Origin: Theionarchaea archaeon
GTDB taxonomy: Archaea > Methanobacteriota_B > Thermococci > Methanofastidiosales > SZ-28-30
NCBI GenBank assembly: GCA_018992685.1
Contig: JACVGT010000007.1
Coordinates: forward strand, 42,378-106,377
DNA length: 64,000 nucleotides
Direction: 5' to 3'
In this document: piece after piece, positions 1-10,157 of the stretch
Layout: each line of letters starts with the position of its first letter
Numbering within the stretch: the stretch's first letter is position 1
The notes under the pieces: model-generated
The model's input: the letters and a program-made list of their open reading frames with translations, nothing else
Database searches by the model: none
Told to the model about the DNA's origin: nothing
Made by a program: the position numbers and the translations under genes

Positions 1-108
1 CAGGTAGCTGGAACAGTGATCTTTTGGAATTATGTAATTTATTTCTGAGAGCCCCGTTAATTCCCCGCTTACTGTAAAACTTATATAGGTGCACTTACCT
101 TTTAAAGC

Positions 109-2682
109 ATGGAGATTCAGACGCAGGAACTCCTAAAGACACTTTCAAACAAGACCAACCTCGAGATCATAAACTTGTTGAGAAACGAACCATCCTATCC
201 CCGGAAAATATCTGAGATACTGGGAATGCAGGAAGGCTATATCTCGAGAATTCTCTCAAATCTCGAAAAAATGGGTATTTTGCGCAGTCAGTGGGCATAT
301 CGAGAACGTAATGTCAAGCTGTACTATGTTGACACAAAGGAGATCAGCATCGCCTTTGAACCTGAAGGCTTGAAGCTTCACGTGAAGACCAAAGGTGAGA
401 AAGAGGTATCTGTGTCTTATGATGCGTTCAAGTTTGAAATACCTGAACCGCATGGCTTCATCAATAGAAGAAAGGAGCTGCAGTTGATTGATACTCAACC
501 CATGGTCGTCATTGAAGGATTGGCGGGTATTGGAAAGACCTTCCTGGCTGCAGAGTATGCTCAGAACGTACAGCCAAGGGGGAAGAAGATCTTCTGGCAT
601 TCATTCACCGATATTGACTCCTTTCACTATGTTATCAACAAATTATCTGTATTCCTGAATAATGTGGGCCTTTCCAATCTTCTGGAGTATATAAAACAGG
701 AGGGTAGGGACAGCAGGGTACTGCTTTCCCTCTTCCAGCGGGGAATGACAGAGGACATGGTATTCTGTTTTGATGGGTTTCAGAAAGTGCAGGATTCTGA
801 ACTTGTCACCATGTTCAAACTGCTCAAAGACCCAGTTGCAAAAATTATTGTTACGTCCCGGGAACGTCCTTCCTTTGTTACAATATCCCGGAGTGATATT
901 ACAGAAATCAGGTTATCAGCTTTCACTGAAAAAGAAGCCAGAGAGCTCCTTCATTCCAGAGGTGTCATTCTGGGAGACAAAATGATGAAAAAGGCCCACA
1001 GAAAACTGGGAGGTCATCCTCTGATTCTGGACATGTTCTGTGAAGCAGCAAAAGAGAAGCAGCCAAACCTCGTTTTGGAAAACCTTCCTGGCCACCAGGT
1101 GGAAGATTATCTGTGGAGCGAAATCTTTCAGACCCTGTCAGAGGATGAACGGAAACTTGTGGAGTGCTTGTCCATGTTCAGAATACCTGCATCGGTCGAT
1201 ATCCTTAAGAAGGTGTACCAGGCTCCTGGGTTCTGGACCTGCCTGAAGGGACTGGAAAAACGCATGTTTATCAGGAGACAGAACGGCGGATACGTGCTCC
1301 CCTCTTCGATTGTGGAATTCACCTATCAGAGAGTCCCCGACAAGGAGGAACTGCATTCAGAAATCGCTGCCTTCTACAAATGCCAGGGCACTTCAGAGGG
1401 GCTCCTGGAATCTATGTATCATTTCCTGCAGGGTGAAAACCAGGATGAGGCTGCTCGTCTGGTAGCACAACCTCAAGATGTCGATTTGATAGAAAGGGGG
1501 TACCTGTCACCCTATCTGGACATTCTGAATGGGTTCAGGAAATCCAAGATATCCCCGGAGCTGTGGTGCTGTATCATGTGTGCCAAAGGTAGAATTCTGT
1601 CGTTGTATGGAGATTCCAAGAGTGCACTCCGGGCATTTGAGGAGATGCAGAAAACTGCTCAGACCATCCAGTCTGACAAGTACGACGCCCGGGCTCTACA
1701 TTGGATAGGAAACATCCATGCGTCAAAAGGAGACTGGAAGACAGCGCACATGTGTCTTGACACCAGCCTGTCCATACTGGAAAGACTCCAGGAGCATGAG
1801 GAAATGGTGGGTATCCATGCAGACATTGGATTGCTCTTGATGAAAGAGGGAGTATTTGAGAAAGCACTTTCTCATTTTCGGGCAGGAAAGGACATTGCCG
1901 AAAAGAGTGGGTTCATGTACGGCCTTTCACAGATGCTGCGAGGCATAGCAAATGTGTACTACTACCAGGATCAGTTCGACACAGCTCTGGAATTTCACAC
2001 GAAGAGTTTGACCCTGGCTGAAAAGGTGAGGGATGTGAGGGGCATTGCAGCAAACTACAACACGCTGGGATTGATTCACTTCTATAAGGGTGATCTTGAA
2101 AAGGCCATATCCTGCTTTAAGAGGACGCTTAATATATCAGAGAGGATTTCAGATATCAGAGATCAGATCATCTCGTGCGGAAACCTGGGGATGGTGTACG
2201 CAGAGGGAGGAGAGAGCGGCCTGGCACAGAACTATTATCAGAGAGCGTTGCATCTGGCAGAATCGCTGGAGGATCTATACTCCATTACCTATTTGAAAAT
2301 GAAAATGGCAAGTCTTCTCCTGGAGAAAAAAGAATTGGAGAAAGCTCGCGCTCTCTGCGAGGTGTGCGAGAACATGTTTTCCTTGTTGGGCAAGAGCCTT
2401 CATTACGGGGAGTTCTGCAGGATTTTTGCCATGGTATTGCAGCAGAGAGGGGAATGGGAAAAAGCGCAGGAACTCTACCTCAAAAGTATTGATGAGACCA
2501 GTGGATCACCTCTTGAACTGGGAAAGACCTATTTAGAGTTTGGACTTGGGATGAAGAGATATGGATCACTGGAAGAAGCTGAAGCGTGTTACGAGATGGC
2601 GCTTCAACTGTTTCAGCAAGTATCAGCAGAAAGAGAAAGAGAAAAAGCACAGGAGAAGTGGGGAGCTGACAATCGGGGTTAA
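109..2682 (+). CDS. ArsR-type wHTH + STAND-like P-loop NTPase + TPR repeat transcriptional regulator
   Basis: N-terminal HTH (LSNKTNLEIINLL...PRKISEILG), Walker A GLAGIGKT, Walker B-like VFCFDG, GxPL motif (GGHPLIL), C-terminal TPR-like repeats; TATA-like AAAACTTATATAG at about 76-88. Confidence 0.85.
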   Translation: MEIQTQELLKTLSNKTNLEIINLLRNEPSYPRKISEILGMQEGYISRILSNLEKMGILRSQWAYRERNVKLYYVDTKEISIAFEPEGLKLHVKTKGEKEVSVSYDAFKFEIPEPHGFINRRKELQLIDTQPMVVIEGLAGIGKTFLAAEYAQNVQPRGKKIFWHSFTDIDSFHYVINKLSVFLNNVGLSNLLEYIKQEGRDSRVLLSLFQRGMTEDMVFCFDGFQKVQDSELVTMFKLLKDPVAKIIVTSRERPSFVTISRSDITEIRLSAFTEKEARELLHSRGVILGDKMMKKAHRKLGGHPLILDMFCEAAKEKQPNLVLENLPGHQVEDYLWSEIFQTLSEDERKLVECLSMFRIPASVDILKKVYQAPGFWTCLKGLEKRMFIRRQNGGYVLPSSIVEFTYQRVPDKEELHSEIAAFYKCQGTSEGLLESMYHFLQGENQDEAARLVAQPQDVDLIERGYLSPYLDILNGFRKSKISPELWCCIMCAKGRILSLYGDSKSALRAFEEMQKTAQTIQSDKYDARALHWIGNIHASKGDWKTAHMCLDTSLSILERLQEHEEMVGIHADIGLLLMKEGVFEKALSHFRAGKDIAEKSGFMYGLSQMLRGIANVYYYQDQFDTALEFHTKSLTLAEKVRDVRGIAANYNTLGLIHFYKGDLEKAISCFKRTLNISERISDIRDQIISCGNLGMVYAEGGESGLAQNYYQRALHLAESLEDLYSITYLKMKMASLLLEKKELEKARALCEVCENMFSLLGKSLHYGEFCRIFAMVLQQRGEWEKAQELYLKSIDETSGSPLELGKTYLEFGLGMKRYGSLEEAEACYEMALQLFQQVSAEREREKAQEKWGADNRG

Positions 2683-2848
2683 CCCGGCTGAATATTCACG
2701 GCACAGTGGTAGATTCTAAGAAAGGAGAGGAAGCAGTGCCACCTCCATATATTTCCCTCATAGCGCTCCAGAGATTGGTACCTGGCTGTTGTTTTAAGAA
2801 GAGTGTAACTTCAGAATTCTGGGAGTTCCACAGATATTCGACTTCAAT

Positions 2849-3682
2849 TCATGAGGTAACCAGCGATCTCACTGTCTCCAGGTTTTGCCTGTGTCCTCTG
2901 GTTGCATCCACAGGGGTTTCCAGTATGAGAGGAAGGTCCCTAATAGCGGGATGGTTCACAAACACTCTGAATCCCTCTTCCCCTATCTCGCCCAGTCCGA
3001 TGTGAGCATGTTCGTCTTTTCGGGAATTGAAAGGATACTTGGAATCATTCAGCTGTACGGCCCTGAGGTTGGAGATGCCGACAGTGCTGTCAACCTGGTT
3101 CATTGTTCTATCAAGTCCCTCTCTGGTTGTAATATCGTACCCTGCAGCAAATACGTGACAGGTATCCAGACAGATACCTGTTTCACAATTGATGAGATCT
3201 CTGAGGTGCTGCAGTTGCTGAAAGGTGTAACCCAGATCTGTTCCCTTTCCTGCAGTCGTCTCCAGCAGGATGATGACTTCCTCCATGTCAGGTTCGAGGT
3301 TGTTCAGGGAGGTGGCAATTTGCAGTAATCCCTTGTCTTCACCCTGCCCCAGATGAGATCCAGGATGAATTTTGATATATTCAATTCCCAGGGCTTTAGC
3401 TGCTGCAATTTCCTTCTCCATGGTCTCCATGGACTTCTTGTAGATATCCTCCTTGGGGGTGGCCAGATTCGTTAGATAGGACTCATGTATGAGAATAGGC
3501 CATATCTCCTTTTTCCTGTAGATCTCTTTGAATCTGGCTGCCTCTTCATCATCTAGTTCTGGAAACCGCCAAGTACGAGGAGAATGAGTGAAGATTTGCC
3601 CGCACGTACCTCCAATTTCCCGAATTTCATCAAATGCATGGGTTACCCCTCCTTGTATTGAGACGTGAGCTCCGATATTCAT
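2849..3682 (-). CDS. nfo: Endonuclease IV (AP endonuclease family 2)
   Basis: GAHVS, QIFTHSPR, HESYLTNL, HPG, LLETTAG, CLDTCH, NDSK, DEHAHIG, ILETP motifs; start moved to ATG 3682 (MNIGAH). Confidence 0.92.
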   Translation of the reverse strand: MNIGAHVSIQGGVTHAFDEIREIGGTCGQIFTHSPRTWRFPELDDEEAARFKEIYRKKEIWPILIHESYLTNLATPKEDIYKKSMETMEKEIAAAKALGIEYIKIHPGSHLGQGEDKGLLQIATSLNNLEPDMEEVIILLETTAGKGTDLGYTFQQLQHLRDLINCETGICLDTCHVFAAGYDITTREGLDRTMNQVDSTVGISNLRAVQLNDSKYPFNSRKDEHAHIGLGEIGEEGFRVFVNHPAIRDLPLILETPVDATRGHRQNLETVRSLVTS

Positions 3683-3796
3683 GTGTAAGAAAGGTTCGAC
3701 ACTCATAAATAAGTTCCCATGGCGACACGGTACGCTAGTATGGCGAAAGTCCACAGATTTTTAAACAAGGTCTTCCAAAGGAAAGAGAGGGATTTC

Positions 3797-4465
3797 ATGA
3801 AAATGTCCAAGAAGGACCTGGCAAAAGTGATAGATCACACGCTGCTGGCTTCTACGGCAACGCAGGAACAGATTACAGTACTCTGTGAGGAGGGAAAAGA
3901 ACACGGATTTGCTTCTGTGTGCGTCAACAGTTGCTGGGTGTCTCTGTGCAAGAGTCTTCTCGAGAATTGTGAGGTAAAGGTATGCAGCGTTGTGGGGTTC
4001 CCCCTGGGCGCCATGGCTACCCCGGCCAAAGCATATGAAGCAGAAAGAGCGGTAAAGGATGGAGCCGATGAAATCGACATGGTTATGAATGTTGGGAAAT
4101 TTCTATCTGGGACTCCTGGGGATCTGATCTATGTCAAGAGTGATATCAAGGCTGTGGTAGAGGCTGCTTCAGGAAACCCTGTGAAAGTTATTCTGGAAAC
4201 TGGCCACCTATCAGATGAGCAGGTGGCGATGGCATGCAGGATCGCACAGGAAGCAGGAGCTCATTTTGTTAAAACGTCTACGGGATTTGGGCCTCCATTT
4301 GAGATGAAACATGTCACTTTGATGAGGAAAGCGGTGGGCGATACCATGGGTGTGAAGGCAGCAGGGGGCATAAAAACATATGAGAAGGCAGTGGAAGTCA
4401 TTCAGGCTGGAGCAAGCAGGATCGGAGCCAGCGCAGGAGTGGCTATTGTGAAGGCTGCTCTGTAG
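3797..4465 (+). CDS. deoC: Deoxyribose-phosphate aldolase
   Basis: IDHTLL, VVGFPLG, GADEIDMV, KVILET, FVKTSTG, VKAAGGI, RIGAS; start likely ATG 3797 or 3803. Confidence 0.95.
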   Translation: MKMSKKDLAKVIDHTLLASTATQEQITVLCEEGKEHGFASVCVNSCWVSLCKSLLENCEVKVCSVVGFPLGAMATPAKAYEAERAVKDGADEIDMVMNVGKFLSGTPGDLIYVKSDIKAVVEAASGNPVKVILETGHLSDEQVAMACRIAQEAGAHFVKTSTGFGPPFEMKHVTLMRKAVGDTMGVKAAGGIKTYEKAVEVIQAGASRIGASAGVAIVKAAL

Positions 4466-4474
4466 GGTGGAGTC

Positions 4475-5860
4475 ATGAGAGGGCTTTTTGGGACCTCTGG
4501 GGTGCGTGGGCATACAACCAGTGAAATCACCCCACAACTGGCCATGGACATTGGAGGTGCAGTGGGTGCACTGATTGGAAGAGGAAAGAAGGCGTGCACA
4601 GGAAGAGATACGCGTTTCGGCTCACACATGCTGGAGCTGGCCGCACGTTCTGGATTGATGTCCCAGGGAATTGATGTCACAGAATGTGGTGTGGTTCCCA
4701 CTCCCGTCCTAGCTCACATGGTGAGAGAAGAAGCCGATTGCGGTATCATGATAACAGGGTCGCACCTCCCCCCAGACATGGTGGGAATTATACCCTTGTT
4801 GGAAGATGGGGCATATCTGCCTGATCAACAGGCCAGACTTGTGGAGGAGAGCATTTTACACCGGACATTTCATAAAACCAGAGTTGGAAATATGGGACTT
4901 GGTGGGCTGTATGAGGTGGCAGATTCTCTTTCCCGGTATAAAGAGAGACTCCTTTCTATGGTTGATGAAGATTCTATTGCTAAGAATGGATTTAAAGTGG
5001 CTGTTGACCCTGTAAATGGCACTGCCTGTGCGTTCCTGGCTGACATTCTAGGTTCCCTTGGATGTGAGGTTTCTGAAATAAATGGAGAACCTTCTGGAAT
5101 TCCAGGCCGATCTCCTGAGCCCCGAGCCTCTACGCTCACCGATCTCTGTGCACTGGTAAAGGAGAGTTCATTTGACCTCGGTGTTGGATTGGATACAGAT
5201 GCAGACCGTGTGGTCTTTGTCGATGAAAAGGGAACCCCTGTATCAGAGGATGTCATGGGAGTGATTTTTGCAGACCATGTCTTTCATGAACAGAAGGGGA
5301 TTCTTGTGACCCCAGTCAATTCGTCAGGTATTGTGGAATGGTTTGCCAGAACCAGAGATGTGAAGGTGGAATACTGCAAAATCGGGCAGCCTGCTACTGT
5401 GGAGGCTATAAGAAAGACTGGTGCAGCTTACAGCTATGAGGAATCAGGTAAATACTACTTTGCTGAAGAAGTGAACTGGTGTGACGGACTGCTGGCCACC
5501 CTGAAACTCCTGGAGATCCTTTCTCTCAATGATTCTACACTATCTCAGCTGGTGAATAGATACCCCCGGTTTTACCAGGTCAAACAGACTGTTGACCTTC
5601 TTCCGGAGAAGAAAGATGCAATCATGTCTCTTATCGAGAACCGTGTGCAGCAGGTTTTGGGAGACAACCAATCACGGATCGTAGAGATTGACGGTTACAA
5701 ACTGGTTTACCCTGATGATTCTTGGCTACTCTTGAGAGGGTCTGGTACGGAGCCAGTGCTCAGGATTTACTCTGACTCTCCAAACAGGAAAAGAGCTGAA
5801 ACCCTGGTGAAGAGAGGAATAACCCTTGTTAATAAAATCATGAACTCAAAGCTCGTCTGA
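4475..5860 (+). CDS. Alpha-D-phosphohexomutase superfamily enzyme, probably archaeal phosphopentomutase
   Basis: LFGTSGVRG, TGSHLP phosphoserine loop, DTDADR metal loop, RGSGTEP; 9 bp downstream of deoC. Confidence 0.85.
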   Translation: MRGLFGTSGVRGHTTSEITPQLAMDIGGAVGALIGRGKKACTGRDTRFGSHMLELAARSGLMSQGIDVTECGVVPTPVLAHMVREEADCGIMITGSHLPPDMVGIIPLLEDGAYLPDQQARLVEESILHRTFHKTRVGNMGLGGLYEVADSLSRYKERLLSMVDEDSIAKNGFKVAVDPVNGTACAFLADILGSLGCEVSEINGEPSGIPGRSPEPRASTLTDLCALVKESSFDLGVGLDTDADRVVFVDEKGTPVSEDVMGVIFADHVFHEQKGILVTPVNSSGIVEWFARTRDVKVEYCKIGQPATVEAIRKTGAAYSYEESGKYYFAEEVNWCDGLLATLKLLEILSLNDSTLSQLVNRYPRFYQVKQTVDLLPEKKDAIMSLIENRVQQVLGDNQSRIVEIDGYKLVYPDDSWLLLRGSGTEPVLRIYSDSPNRKRAETLVKRGITLVNKIMNSKLV

Positions 5861-6115
5861 TTCTTGCTATTGACTACGCAAGTCCTGTTAAGTACGACTT
5901 CGCTCCATGTCTCGCCACGAAATGCCACAATACCCCTTCTTTCGGGATTCCCTGGGAATAGAAGTGGTCATTCCTTCTTGACCTTCTGCATTGCTGAAAC
6001 GTCTCCCGTGGTGACTAGTTGTCTCAAGAACCATCTGGAAAGGAGCTATCAGCGTCTTGTCGTGTCCTGGAACTGAACGCCTCGTTCAACGCCCAGGCCT
6101 TTTTCTACTCCGATA

Positions 6116-6310
6116 TCATGGATTTCTACACTTGTACTTCCTGTACAATCCGTATCCCACCAGAAGAGGAGCTCCCACAATGCAAACAGGGCATACTGCG
6201 CTTGCAGCCACTCCAGCTACCGCGACTGCGGTCAACCCCCCACCAGCTGCCAGATAGAGAGTTCCATCATCAGTAGGATCTTTCTTTTTTTCGAGCGATT
6301 CAGCTTCCAT
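6116..6310 (-). CDS. 64-aa small membrane protein with CxxC (CPVC)
   Basis: Gly/Ala-rich hydrophobic segments around CPVC, basic C-tail; TATA-like AATACTTAAAAA about 25 nt upstream of the ATG. Confidence 0.6.
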   Translation of the reverse strand: MEAESLEKKKDPTDDGTLYLAAGGGLTAVAVAGVAASAVCPVCIVGAPLLVGYGLYRKYKCRNP

Positions 6311-6527
6311 CTTTGTCTTTTTTTAAGCTGGTTTTTAAGTATTTCCCGAGAACGTCTGGAATAAACGAAAATTAGATATAGTCTCATATAATCTTTATAA
6401 TATGTCTATAAGGGCAGATACTCTGAGTCGGCAGAGGCGACCAAGAGGGCTACAGGGTTTGTCGCAGGACAGGCCTTATCACACCCGCTACCTAATCCAC
6501 ATTTTCAACGAGAAGAACAAAACGGAT

Positions 6528-7448
6528 CTATTTCTTTCCCTTCTCGTAGTGTTTCCCAAGAGCTGCCGGTGGTACAGCTCTCTTCACTGCTCCAGCCAAG
6601 ACCAGAATAGTCAGAACATAGGGAATCATCTGAATGAACTGATTGGCAGCCACTGTCCCCTGCAATTTCATTTGCAGAGCATCAGTAAAACTGAAGAGAA
6701 GACTTGCTCCAAAGGCTCCTGCAGGGTTCCATTTGCCAAAGATGTTCGCCGCCAGAGCGATGAATCCTCTCCCTGCAGACATGTTTTGGCTGAACAGGTT
6801 CAACCATCCCAGGGACAGGTAGGCACCCCCCAACCCCGATAGCATGCCGCTGGCTGTTACAGATAAATACTGAATCCGGTGCACGTTGATTCCCACGGTA
6901 TCTGCAGCCTCTGGGTGCTCACCTACTGCCCTAATTCTCAATCCCAGAGGAGTCCTAAACATGATGACCCAGGCAGCAACAACAATCACAATCATGATGT
7001 ATACCAGAGGGTTTTGCTGGTCAAAGATATCCTTGAGGTAGGGAATGTCTCTGATCAGTGGGATGGACAAGGGCTTCAATCCGGAAACAGGGTCTGACGC
7101 TCCCCTATTTCCCCAGATGATCTGGAGCAACAGCGTGGTAAGCCCAAGAGAAAGAATATTCACTCCCACTCCACTGACGACCTGATTTGCTTTGAACTGG
7201 ATACATAGTACCGCATGCAGCAATCCAAAGGCCCCGCCTGCCAGGACTGCGCACAGCACACCGATCCAGGGATTTCCCAGAAAATGTGTGCCCACTACAC
7301 CAGCAAAAGCACCCATCAGGATCATGCCTTCCAGTCCGATATTAATGATACCACTGCGTTCTGAGTACGCGCCCCCGATGGAGGCCAGGGCAATAGGGGG
7401 AGATATCCTTAAGGTTGCACCCAGCAGTATGGCAATACTAGAAAGCAT
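6528..7448 (-). CDS. Nucleoside/simple-sugar ABC transporter permease (NupC/YufQ-like)
   Basis: ERSGIINIGLEG, RAVGEHPEAA, GRGFIALA motifs; start ATG 7448. Confidence 0.9.
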   Translation of the reverse strand: MLSSIAILLGATLRISPPIALASIGGAYSERSGIINIGLEGMILMGAFAGVVGTHFLGNPWIGVLCAVLAGGAFGLLHAVLCIQFKANQVVSGVGVNILSLGLTTLLLQIIWGNRGASDPVSGLKPLSIPLIRDIPYLKDIFDQQNPLVYIMIVIVVAAWVIMFRTPLGLRIRAVGEHPEAADTVGINVHRIQYLSVTASGMLSGLGGAYLSLGWLNLFSQNMSAGRGFIALAANIFGKWNPAGAFGASLLFSFTDALQMKLQGTVAANQFIQMIPYVLTILVLAGAVKRAVPPAALGKHYEKGKK

Positions 7449-8517
7449 TGGCAATCCCTCCTTTCCTGATTTTCTTGAAGATTCTGAACATTTCAGGAGC
7501 TGCCACAAACAGTATCACGATACCCTGGATCACCACCACCAGATCTGTGGGGACATTGGTCATCTGTTTCATGACCATCCCTCCGTTCCGCAGAGCACCA
7601 AACAGCAAAGCACCCAGTACTACTCCCACAGGATGGTTTCTCCCCAGAACAGCAACAGCGATCCCGTCAAATCCGTACCCCGGGGAGAATCCGAAAATAA
7701 ACCGTTTGTGCAGTCCCAGTACCTCGCCTGATCCACCCAGTCCTGCCAGCATTCCTGATATGAACATCGATATGATAATGCTTTTCTGGACACTTATCCC
7801 CCCGTATTCTGCAGCTGTGGGGTTGAGTCCTACTGCTCTGATTTCGTATCCCAGGGTAGTCCTATACAGAATATAGTACGTGACACCGACGCAAATGAGA
7901 GCCACGATTATGGCTGCTGATAACTGGGTGGAGGGTACCAACCGTGGAAGCTGGGCTGATGGTGTAACAACATCAGTCTGAGCAATCCATCCTTCAGCCT
8001 TCAAAGGATAGTTGGCCAGATAGTTGCACAGGAGCACACCGATGTAATTCATCATAATGGTGGTAATCACTTCATGGGCACCCACCCTGGCTTTCAACAC
8101 ACTGGGCACCAGAGACCATGCACCACCTGCAAGGGCCCCGGCTCCCAGGGCCAAAGGAATGTGAAAGAACCAGGGAAGCCAGGCAAAGTTGATCCCTACC
8201 ACGGCAGCAGTAATGGCCCCAACGTACAGTTGTCCCTCACCACCAATGTTGAATAACCCACATCGAAAGGCGAAGGCCACGGTCAGCCCTGTAAAGATGA
8301 GGGGTGTTGCCCTTGTGAGGGTCTGGGCAAAATCATACGTACTGCCGAATGCACCTTCGTACAGTGCCTTGTATGCCTCAAGAGGCGATGAGCCTGCAAG
8401 ATATACAATCACTGCTCCCACCAAAAGGGCAGCAATAACAGCAATGATTGAGATAAAAATGTCCATCAGACTTTCTTTTTGAATAACCTGAGTTATTTTT
8501 ATTAATCGTGGATTCAT
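7438..8517 (-). CDS. Nucleoside/simple-sugar ABC transporter permease (NupB/YufP-like)
   Basis: GLFNIGGEGQ, HEVITTIMMNY, GYGFDGIAVA motifs. Confidence 0.9.
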   Translation of the reverse strand: MNPRLIKITQVIQKESLMDIFISIIAVIAALLVGAVIVYLAGSSPLEAYKALYEGAFGSTYDFAQTLTRATPLIFTGLTVAFAFRCGLFNIGGEGQLYVGAITAAVVGINFAWLPWFFHIPLALGAGALAGGAWSLVPSVLKARVGAHEVITTIMMNYIGVLLCNYLANYPLKAEGWIAQTDVVTPSAQLPRLVPSTQLSAAIIVALICVGVTYYILYRTTLGYEIRAVGLNPTAAEYGGISVQKSIIISMFISGMLAGLGGSGEVLGLHKRFIFGFSPGYGFDGIAVAVLGRNHPVGVVLGALLFGALRNGGMVMKQMTNVPTDLVVVIQGIVILFVAAPEMFRIFKKIRKGGIANAF

Positions 8518-10043
8518 GCGTGTCCACCTGCCATCAATAATCCCAGTTCTTCTTCAGTGGTCTTCTGAGGATCTCGCTCTCCCACAATTTTCCCTTCGTA
8601 GATGACAGCGATCCTGTCAGAGAGACAGCGAACCTCATCTAAATCTGCAGAAATGAGAAGTATGGCCTTGTCCTTTTTCCTCATGCTGAGAAGGGTTTCA
8701 TGGATGAACTCGATTGCGCCCACGTCGAGACCTCTGGTAGGCTGTGAAGCGATAATAATCTCGGGCTCTCTTCCCAGTTCTCTGGCCACAATCACTTTCT
8801 GCTGGTTTCCACCTGACAGATATTTGACCTCACTGTGTACCCCAGTTCCTCTAATGTCAAAGGTCTCCACCAGCTCGGACGCATATGAATCCACCTTATC
8901 ATATTCCATTCTGAACCCGCGGGAAAAAGGAGCCTTAAAGTGGGATCCCAGTATCAGATTCTCGGATAGAGAGAAATCCTGGATGAGCCCTCTCTTCTGG
9001 CGATCTTCAGGGATGTGGGATACTCCTGCGTTGATGAAGTCCCTCGGGGAGGAATGTGTTAGATCTTCCCCGTTTACAAGAATCTTCCCCCCGCTTGGGC
9101 TTCGCAGTCCCGTTGCCGTTTCTGCCAGTTCCAACTGGCCATTGCCTTCAACTCCCGCAATGCCAAGAATCTCACCTTTCCGCAGTTCCAATGTTATCCC
9201 CTGTAGGGCTTTCACTCCTCTCTCATTGTATGCTTCCAGGTTCTGCATCTGCATCACAGCCCCCTTTGGGGGGTGAGGAGGTTTTTCCACTACCAGGCAG
9301 ACTTCTCTGCCCACCATCATTCTTGCCAGACTGGCAACATCTGTTTCCCCGGTGTGAACTGTTCCCACCAGTTGTCCTTTTCTCAGCACGGTGATGCGGT
9401 CACAGGTCGCCATGGGTTCCTTCAGTTTGTGGGTGATGAAAATGATAGTCTTTCCTTCTTCTTTTAACGATTTCATAACTTTGAACAGTTCTTCCCCTTC
9501 TTGTGGGGTCAAGACTGCTGTTGGTTCATCCAGAATGAGAATTTCAGCTCCCCGGTACAATGCTTTCAGAATCTCTACTCGCTGTTCAATGCCTACTGAT
9601 ATATCCTGGATCTTGGCTCTGGGGTCTACAGCAAGACCATACCGTTTTGAGATTTCTTCAACATCTCGTGCTGCCTTTTCTCTGTCCATGAGGAAATGAG
9701 TCTCCGGCTCAACACCCAGGACAACGTTCTCAGCCACAGTGAAGGGAGGCACTAACATGAAGTGCTGGTGGATCATGCCAATACCCAGTGAGATCGCATC
9801 ATTGGGATTTGTTATCGCAGTGGGCTTACCATTAACAGAAATTTCACCAGAATCAGGCTGGTATAGCCCATACAAGACGTTCATTAACGTGGTCTTTCCC
9901 GCACCGTTTTCTCCAAGAAGAGCATGAATTTCTCCTTTTCTAACTGAAAAAGTAATATCGTCATTCGCCAGAACACCAGGGAAGCGCTTGGTTATGTGTT
10001 GCATCTCCACAGCATTGATGGGTTCTGCATTCATTGCCATCAT
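8514..10043 (-). CDS. Tandem-domain ABC ATPase (NupA/YufO-like)
   Basis: GENGAGKT, ILILDEPT, LSGGNQQK, QPTRGLDVGA; start among ATG 10043/10040/10034. Confidence 0.93.
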   Translation of the reverse strand: MMAMNAEPINAVEMQHITKRFPGVLANDDITFSVRKGEIHALLGENGAGKTTLMNVLYGLYQPDSGEISVNGKPTAITNPNDAISLGIGMIHQHFMLVPPFTVAENVVLGVEPETHFLMDREKAARDVEEISKRYGLAVDPRAKIQDISVGIEQRVEILKALYRGAEILILDEPTAVLTPQEGEELFKVMKSLKEEGKTIIFITHKLKEPMATCDRITVLRKGQLVGTVHTGETDVASLARMMVGREVCLVVEKPPHPPKGAVMQMQNLEAYNERGVKALQGITLELRKGEILGIAGVEGNGQLELAETATGLRSPSGGKILVNGEDLTHSSPRDFINAGVSHIPEDRQKRGLIQDFSLSENLILGSHFKAPFSRGFRMEYDKVDSYASELVETFDIRGTGVHSEVKYLSGGNQQKVIVARELGREPEIIIASQPTRGLDVGAIEFIHETLLSMRKKDKAILLISADLDEVRCLSDRIAVIYEGKIVGERDPQKTTEEELGLLMAGGHA

Positions 10044-10157
10044 AAGCGTATTTCCCTTAAAAAGGCTACCGGTTGCATCTCTGGTGGCAGTATTTGATGG
10101 GCGAATTCTCACGATAACAGCTTAGGCAGTTCCTGCAAAATCAGACACCTCGCCCCT

